Notes under the pieces: model-generated
Seen by the model: only the letters and a program-made list of their open reading frames with translations
What the model was told of the DNA's origin: nothing
Database searches by the model: none
Source: Thermoplasmatota archaeon
GTDB lineage: Archaea; Thermoplasmatota; Penumbrarchaeia; Penumbrarchaeales; Penumbrarchaeaceae
Length of the DNA stretch: 53,992 nt
Direction: 5' to 3'
NCBI GenBank assembly: GCA_029762535.1
Contig: JARVGK010000021.1
Coordinates: 1-53,992, forward strand
Position numbers and translations under genes: made by a program
Shown: positions 47,747-53,992 of the stretch, piece by piece
How positions within the stretch are numbered: position 1 is the stretch's first letter
Layout of the letters: each line of letters opens with the position of its first letter

Positions 47747-50700
47747 GTGGTTCAAGTGAGAGGGATCCCGATCGCATATTTCGTCAGCTTTTTGATAATG
47801 GCAATGCCGCTTCTGACCATGATAGAAGCAAACGGAAGCATACAGATCGACTTCATGTACCTTACAAATAATTCGGATCTCAGAGCATACTGGAGCTTCG
47901 ACGAGAACTCCGGAGATACGGTCTATGACCTCTCGGACAATGCCAATCACGGGGTTTTCGCATCGGATAGATCAGAGCCCTTCCCATGGATGTATCCTCA
48001 AAGGACAGGGAACAGTCTGTATGGAAGAGGGTTGAAGTTCGAGGAACAGGAAAGTGAGCAGGGGATCTACGGCAACAACATGCATGTACTGCCTCCGGAC
48101 GGTCATCGATGGGTCGAGGTGGAGAATACCGGCAATAGCCTGGACATCATAGGTATCGAGAACTTCTATCTTGACACATGGATCTTTCCTTACAGCTACA
48201 CTGATGCCTCTATGACGGAGGTGACAGACCTTGGAGGAAATGAAGAGGTCGTTGACTGCAGTGTGAGCAATGTTATCATCAGCAAGATCACAGAGGATGA
48301 GGAAGGAGGTCCTGTTCAGGATGTGGATGATATCGCTCCCGGCAGCTTCCAGCTGGGTTTCAATCACACGGGATCGGGCCAGGTGGAGTTCAGGCTATAT
48401 GAAACCAATCGTTACAATCCTCCGATCCAGTTGATATCCCCTGACCCTTTATCGACATATAACTGGCACAGGATCACCGTGACCGGAACATATAGTTTTT
48501 TTTTGGGGCAGTCAAGATACGACCTGTCTCTTTTTATCGACGGCATCCCTGTGGATTCGACCAATACGACATTATTCAACCGTCAGGAAAACTCTGATAT
48601 GGTAACGATCGGGGCGGATCCCCGGTCGTATGCTCTGATCAAGGATGGGGATAACAATTACGGGATGCAGGAAAGGTATGCCCAGTTCTACGGGATCATC
48701 GATCATATCATGTTCTCCTACCGATCACCCTATCAGCAGAATTTTATCTGCGGTGAACATCTGCACGTGGGAGAGATAGTTGGAAAGTATGATTTCGATG
48801 AGGGGGCCGGTCATCTTGCTCACGATCAGTCGAATTATGACAGGACCTTAACGTTAAACAATGTGGAATATGCGCCCGAATGGGGATGGGATGAGAGATG
48901 GGGCCATTGTCTGGATTTCAATTATGTGTATGATCCATTGAGACAGATCGGTTATCAGGATTCTTTTCAGATCGAGGATTCGCCCGAGTTCAGTTCCGAG
49001 TATGGAGGGGTAGGTATAGGTTTCAAGTTCAAACCCGATAATTATTGTCCCTATCTCACATTCATCATCGGAAAGACGACGTCCGTTAATCAAGGCAGTA
49101 GTATATGCGGTTTCACCTGGGCGTTCTGGTATTCACCTTCCAATAGCCAGATATATTTCGAGATCAATTACTATTCTCAGGGGATGAATTCCACCAATTA
49201 TGCAGTATATGGTTCTCCGAATGATGATTCGGAATGGATAGATGTTTATGGCTACACCGATTTTGGAAACACTGTTCAATTATATCTGAATGGAGAATAT
49301 GTGGATGGAACATCCATGTTGGGTGGATTCGGTCCGGAGATATCTGGTATAGACACGAAGATCCATATAGGATCCGCTCAATGGTTGAACACCAGCGGTA
49401 TTCAGCGTTGGGAACCATATAGGTATTTTCTGATGCCTTTTGATGATATCGAGGGTTACAGGGGATTGTTCGACGATCTCGTGTTCAGCCGCAATTGTCG
49501 CATCAACCAGGTTTCTGAGAGAGGTTTCTTCGACCTCGATACGGCAGTTTATGATCCCCAGAACGATGAATCGTATGTCGTTGACAAGTCCTCCAACGAT
49601 CACAAATTGATCAAAGACGGCATGGCAACATCAGCGTTGAACGGTGCTTTCGAAAACTGTCTGGCTTTCAATGGATCGACGAGCGACGTGTGGCGGATCG
49701 AGGAGTATGATATAATAGACCTGAGCGATTCCTTCACTATAGAGCTGTGGTTGAACCTCACCCTTGAGGGATCCCCTCGTACTCTCATATCTCAGGCCTC
49801 CGATGTCGAGAATACCAGAAGAAGCTTCGTTCTCGGCACGAATATAAGCGGTCATCCGTATTTCTCGGTCTATGACACGACCTCGAGCCAGACATTGACC
49901 GTCATCAGTCCGGTGGACCTCCTTCCCGATAACGTGTATCTGGGCAACTGGCATCATGTGATGGCCCGTTTCATTGATCGCGGAGGCGAGAACGGTGTGG
50001 ATGAGATATCTCTTCATGTCGATGGCTATCTGGATCCCGACTGCGTGTTGCGTCAGAGCAATATCGCCATCGAGGCAAGCACCCGGCCGATCCTGCTGGG
50101 CGGATCCAAGGGCAAGGACGAGGGCGATCCCTCGAATGTCTTCAATGGGACATTGGATGAATTGCGTTTCTGCCAGGGGGTAAGGACTTTATACGAGGAT
50201 TTCGATAATGACGGTATGTCCGATATCAACGAGATCATGCGCTCGACGATGTCCGATCAGTACCATCCTTACAGGCACAATTCGAGATGTGCATTCATTG
50301 CATCTGCTGTTTCCTACTTAGGTAACCAACAGACATTCCCTCCATCTGACTGGGGATTAACTCAGGAATCATTCGGTGATGATACTTATTATTATCGTTC
50401 CGGTATGGACATGTACAAATGCTTACGAGAATTGAACTATCAAGATGAGGACATCATATATTTGACAACATATTTGGGAATAGGTACAATTGATTTCACA
50501 TGGACACATAATGATGATGATTCATATTTAAAGTTGACAGATTTTGCAGGATTACAATTACCAATAATTAACGAATTTCCATTTCCTATAGATGGATTTT
50601 TAACATATAATAATATAAGAGCCATCCTGCAGAAATATGCTGTTGGAGGACAAATTGATATAGAGGTAGGAATGAGTACTGAATATTTAAATGATGAAGA

Positions 50701-51502
50701 AACTTTCCTCACACTCTTTGAAGAGATTACTATGACCAAATTGGACTCTCTTGATAATCTATTCCTGTATTACATAGATCATGGTGGTAATGGTAATGGT
50801 ATGCAGTATCCAGATCAACCTATAATACAAGACAAAATTGGAGAGCCAAACTATCAACATGATACTTTAATCAATAATGGAGATGATGAATATATTATGG
50901 TATTTGATATTGTTAAAGAATATAATAAGACTTACTATGTGAACGGCCAGTTGGCCAGGGACCCCTTAGGGAATCTTCTAACAAGGAATGTCCATGCTCT
51001 GATGAAGGTTAGATATTATGATGATCAGATTAGATACGATTTGGATAATATAAACGTAAAATATATTTCTTGTATAGTTCATGCATGCCATTCCGGCGGG
51101 TTCATAGAGGATCTCATGCATGAACCAAATCGTATTCTAATATCTTCATGCATGGAGACGGAGGTATCATATTCTTCCGGTCCGCTATTTACAGATTGGC
51201 TTAATGAAAGACATGCTGATTATTCTGGGGTAATGCCACCTGTGCCACAACCTCATAAATATATCGAAAATGCGGATAGGAATATTGCAAATGGAGGGCC
51301 GACATATTATCAAGCTTTAAAATTAGATGATTATTGTCCTTCATTTGTTGGAAATAATAATAATACTATAATTTCCATTCAAGAAATGTTTTTCAATTCA
51401 AAATATTCAGTAGCAATAGATCAATTACATTATATAAATTTACCTTATTATCATCCAACAATTATCATCGGGGGTATAATTCCTGAGCAAATATATCTGT
51501 AA
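47747..51502 (+). CDS. Secreted protein with three LamG domains and a C-terminal clan CD (legumain/caspase-like) peptidase
   Basis: Signal peptide; LamG starts AYWSFDE, GKYDFDEG, GFFDLD; DFDNDGMSD linker; YIDHGG...HACHSGGFI His/Cys dyad. Confidence 0.85.
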   Translation: MVQVRGIPIAYFVSFLIMAMPLLTMIEANGSIQIDFMYLTNNSDLRAYWSFDENSGDTVYDLSDNANHGVFASDRSEPFPWMYPQRTGNSLYGRGLKFEEQESEQGIYGNNMHVLPPDGHRWVEVENTGNSLDIIGIENFYLDTWIFPYSYTDASMTEVTDLGGNEEVVDCSVSNVIISKITEDEEGGPVQDVDDIAPGSFQLGFNHTGSGQVEFRLYETNRYNPPIQLISPDPLSTYNWHRITVTGTYSFFLGQSRYDLSLFIDGIPVDSTNTTLFNRQENSDMVTIGADPRSYALIKDGDNNYGMQERYAQFYGIIDHIMFSYRSPYQQNFICGEHLHVGEIVGKYDFDEGAGHLAHDQSNYDRTLTLNNVEYAPEWGWDERWGHCLDFNYVYDPLRQIGYQDSFQIEDSPEFSSEYGGVGIGFKFKPDNYCPYLTFIIGKTTSVNQGSSICGFTWAFWYSPSNSQIYFEINYYSQGMNSTNYAVYGSPNDDSEWIDVYGYTDFGNTVQLYLNGEYVDGTSMLGGFGPEISGIDTKIHIGSAQWLNTSGIQRWEPYRYFLMPFDDIEGYRGLFDDLVFSRNCRINQVSERGFFDLDTAVYDPQNDESYVVDKSSNDHKLIKDGMATSALNGAFENCLAFNGSTSDVWRIEEYDIIDLSDSFTIELWLNLTLEGSPRTLISQASDVENTRRSFVLGTNISGHPYFSVYDTTSSQTLTVISPVDLLPDNVYLGNWHHVMARFIDRGGENGVDEISLHVDGYLDPDCVLRQSNIAIEASTRPILLGGSKGKDEGDPSNVFNGTLDELRFCQGVRTLYEDFDNDGMSDINEIMRSTMSDQYHPYRHNSRCAFIASAVSYLGNQQTFPPSDWGLTQESFGDDTYYYRSGMDMYKCLRELNYQDEDIIYLTTYLGIGTIDFTWTHNDDDSYLKLTDFAGLQLPIINEFPFPIDGFLTYNNIRAILQKYAVGGQIDIEVGMSTEYLNDEETFLTLFEEITMTKLDSLDNLFLYYIDHGGNGNGMQYPDQPIIQDKIGEPNYQHDTLINNGDDEYIMVFDIVKEYNKTYYVNGQLARDPLGNLLTRNVHALMKVRYYDDQIRYDLDNINVKYISCIVHACHSGGFIEDLMHEPNRILISSCMETEVSYSSGPLFTDWLNERHADYSGVMPPVPQPHKYIENADRNIANGGPTYYQALKLDDYCPSFVGNNNNTIISIQEMFFNSKYSVAIDQLHYINLPYYHPTIIIGGIIPEQIYL

Positions 51503-53992
51503 TAGAATATTGATTTATTTTTCGTTAATTCTATTATCAGGTATTTATATCAATAGCAATCGCAATTTCGATTGTATCATCTTTGATGATGATATAATTA
51601 TTAGTAATTCCGATGTAATCTTTTCTATACCCGGAGATAATATCATAGTATCATTTATTGAAGATTTTAATGGGGATAATCTTATGGACATTGCGATATA
51701 TGAATTGTATGGAAACGCTTACATATTTTTTGGAAACAGTTCCTTAAGTAAAGAAGTATCTTATTCCAATGCAGATTTATCTATAACTGTCCCGGGAGGT
51801 ATTGAAAAATTAAAAGGAATTGGTGATGTGAACAATGACGGTTTCGGAGATATATTATTTGGCGATGGTAAATTTATTTATTTGTTATTAGGATCCAATG
51901 ATAATGAGAAAGGAACCACGATCACTGATGCTGATACGACCTTTTATTTCGGTGATAATTCCTATAGATCATGGACCTATTCGAACTTAGGTGATATAAA
52001 TGGAGATGGTTATCAGGACATAGGCATATCTACATGGGATTATCCGGATTATCCCTCTTTGAAAGGGAAATCCTTTATATTATTAGGAAAACAAAACGGT
52101 TGGAATGAAACGTTCGATCTATCGCAAGCGGATGCATCATTCGTTGGAGAATACGAATGGGATAGGGCCGGTGTTTCCATATCAAAAGCTGGTGATATCA
52201 ATAATGATGGTTATGATGATTTTATGATCGGTTCTGCATCCTCCAATAATGCTAAAGGGAAAACATATCTGATATTCGGTAAAGAAGATAATTGGTCCAG
52301 GGATGTTAACTTATCCAATTCGGATGCGTCATTTATCGGTTCTCAAAATGGAGAAATATCAGGCGCATCTCTAGCCTCGCTTGGCGACGTTAACGGCGAT
52401 GGATATGATGATATTCTTATCAGCGCTCATAGAGGGAAAGATAAAGGAGAGGATACTGGAAAGGTCTATATCCTCTTCGGCAAGGAAAAAGGGTGGAAGA
52501 ACAATATAAGTTTGGAAGAGGCGGATGTAACTATAATCGGTCAACAATATCTGGACCAATTTGGATACGGCATATCCACAGCAGGTGATCTCAATAAAGA
52601 TGGATTGAACGATATCATTATATGCGCACCATATCATCCTTACTATTCAAAAGCTAAAGATGAATGGAAAGGGAAGGTGTACATAGTCTATGGAAGGACC
52701 TCTTGGCCAAGAGCTATTGATATCGACCTGATCGCGGATGCATCGTTTTTGGGAGAGAGGGCGTACTCATTTACAGGCTGGTCCCTTGATGGGGGGCAGG
52801 ATGTTAATGGCGATGGTCATGATGACATAATTATAGGTTCAAGGAGTGGTAGTGCTTATTTGCTGATGTACGAACACTACGTGAATCGCCCCCCCCAGAT
52901 CCTGACCGAGGACGTTCTGTTCGCGACCCAGGACGTTCCCTATTTCGTTCGCTACGATGCCGTGGACAACGATCCCACTACTGATGTGATCTCATGGGAA
53001 ATAAGGACAGATGCACATTGGCTCGACGTCAACAATTCCAACGCTACCCTGTTCGGGATCCCCACGAACGACGATGTGGGTATATACTGGGTGAACGTCA
53101 CGGTCATGGATGATAGGGGGGGGAGGAACTGGTCCAATTTCACTTTGACCGTATTGAACGTGAACGATCCCCCAACGATCCTCACCGGGATCATACCGGA
53201 TGCGGTGCAGAATATAGCTTACAGCTTCTTCCTTTCAGGCGAGGACTTGGATCCCACTGAAGATTTATTGACCTGGTCCATGTCCACGGACGCTTCCTGG
53301 ATAGATTTGGATCCGGGGACGGGGAAACTGTTCGGCACGCCGGGGAACGACGATGTGGGTGTTTTCTATCTGAACATAACCCTTGATGACGGCAATGGCG
53401 GTTTCGATGTTCTGAACACCAGCATCACAGTTCATAATGTGAACGACGATCCGATCATATCGACGATACCGAGAGAATATGTGTATCAGGACGAGAAGTA
53501 TGTCCAGTCCTTCGAGTTCTACGACATCGATCCGACCGATGATATCCTATCGGTCTATTTCGAAACCAACGCATCTTTCCTCTTCTATGAGGCATCCATC
53601 TACACTGTTCAGGGCACTCCGAAAAATGATGATGTGGGGGAATACTGGATCAACTTCACCGTCAAGGACGACAAGGGAGGCATCGGTATCCTCAATTACA
53701 CGCTCACCGTTCTCAACGTGAACGATCCTCCGGTGATCATGACCAGGAATGTGAAGGTAGCCGCGCAGGACGTGGAATATCGTGTGCGTTATGAGGCTTA
53801 CGATCCGGACGGTGACGATCTCCTCTGGTCTCTTGATACCGATTCCACTTTCCTCTCGATGGATCCCTTGACGGGGATATTATCCGGAACGCCTTCGAAC
53901 GACGATGTGGGCCTCTGGAATGTGAACGTGTCCGTATCCGACGGGGTACTCTCCGCATACAGCGATTTCGTTCTCGAGGTGCTGAACGTTAA
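51483..53992 (+). CDS. Surface protein with FG-GAP/integrin-alpha-like propeller and cadherin-like repeats (3'-partial, not in ORF track)
   Basis: The frame opens after TAA 51477 and is in phase at 51660, 52872 and 53982. Seven Dx(N/D)xDG-type motifs (DFNGDNLMD, GDVNNDGFGD, GDINGDGYQD, GDINNDGYDD, GDVNGDGYDD, GDLNKDGLND, DVNGDGHDD) precede NVNDPP/GTPxNDDVG repeats. Start is CTG 51483 or TTG 51510. Confidence 0.85.
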   Translation, partial: MSKYICNRILIYFSLILLSGIYINSNRNFDCIIFDDDIIISNSDVIFSIPGDNIIVSFIEDFNGDNLMDIAIYELYGNAYIFFGNSSLSKEVSYSNADLSITVPGGIEKLKGIGDVNNDGFGDILFGDGKFIYLLLGSNDNEKGTTITDADTTFYFGDNSYRSWTYSNLGDINGDGYQDIGISTWDYPDYPSLKGKSFILLGKQNGWNETFDLSQADASFVGEYEWDRAGVSISKAGDINNDGYDDFMIGSASSNNAKGKTYLIFGKEDNWSRDVNLSNSDASFIGSQNGEISGASLASLGDVNGDGYDDILISAHRGKDKGEDTGKVYILFGKEKGWKNNISLEEADVTIIGQQYLDQFGYGISTAGDLNKDGLNDIIICAPYHPYYSKAKDEWKGKVYIVYGRTSWPRAIDIDLIADASFLGERAYSFTGWSLDGGQDVNGDGHDDIIIGSRSGSAYLLMYEHYVNRPPQILTEDVLFATQDVPYFVRYDAVDNDPTTDVISWEIRTDAHWLDVNNSNATLFGIPTNDDVGIYWVNVTVMDDRGGRNWSNFTLTVLNVNDPPTILTGIIPDAVQNIAYSFFLSGEDLDPTEDLLTWSMSTDASWIDLDPGTGKLFGTPGNDDVGVFYLNITLDDGNGGFDVLNTSITVHNVNDDPIISTIPREYVYQDEKYVQSFEFYDIDPTDDILSVYFETNASFLFYEASIYTVQGTPKNDDVGEYWINFTVKDDKGGIGILNYTLTVLNVNDPPVIMTRNVKVAAQDVEYRVRYEAYDPDGDDLLWSLDTDSTFLSMDPLTGILSGTPSNDDVGLWNVNVSVSDGVLSAYSDFVLEVLNV

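Noticed and set aside
52889-52896. C8 run at the propeller/stalk junction (and T9 at 48496-48504) as phase-variable tracts
   Set aside because: Short and in frame; they encode ordinary RPPQ and SFFL sequences, and there is no evidence of slippage.
1-53992. CRISPR arrays, tRNA or rRNA genes
   Set aside because: No regularly spaced repeats, cloverleaf or rRNA signatures were seen in the intergenic regions by eye.

Overview
Archaeal chromosomal window, most consistent with an uncultured Thermoplasmatota lineage. Support: Cbf5, PAN, MfnA, a fused ADP-forming acyl-CoA synthetase, KaiC/RAD55 and DUF835-type genes, a PGF-CTERM protein, archaeal TATA boxes and GGTGA-type RBSs. It opens with the 3' end of a probable IS1634-family element. 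Housekeeping genes alternate with large modular surface proteins built from LamG, CBM-like, SBBP, FG-GAP, FN3 and cadherin-like modules. Most notable observations: (1) a five-gene KaiC-like cluster with one near-intact and one dead ATPase and a shared small helical motif; (2) a candidate ~280-nt structured ncRNA with its own TATA box at 38.5-38.8 kb; (3) a circularly permuted CBM-like domain inserted inside a LamG domain; (4) an NLR-like wHTH-STAND-TPR gene coupled to a membrane DUF835 gene; (5) a VOC-like metalloprotein paired with an FAD 2-hydroxyacid dehydrogenase; (6) an (ATATA)8 promoter repeat ahead of a 3xLamG-clan CD peptidase gene, with an AT-rich tract spanning two genes. No rRNA, tRNA or CRISPR array was seen. 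Family names come from motif recognition only; no database search was run.
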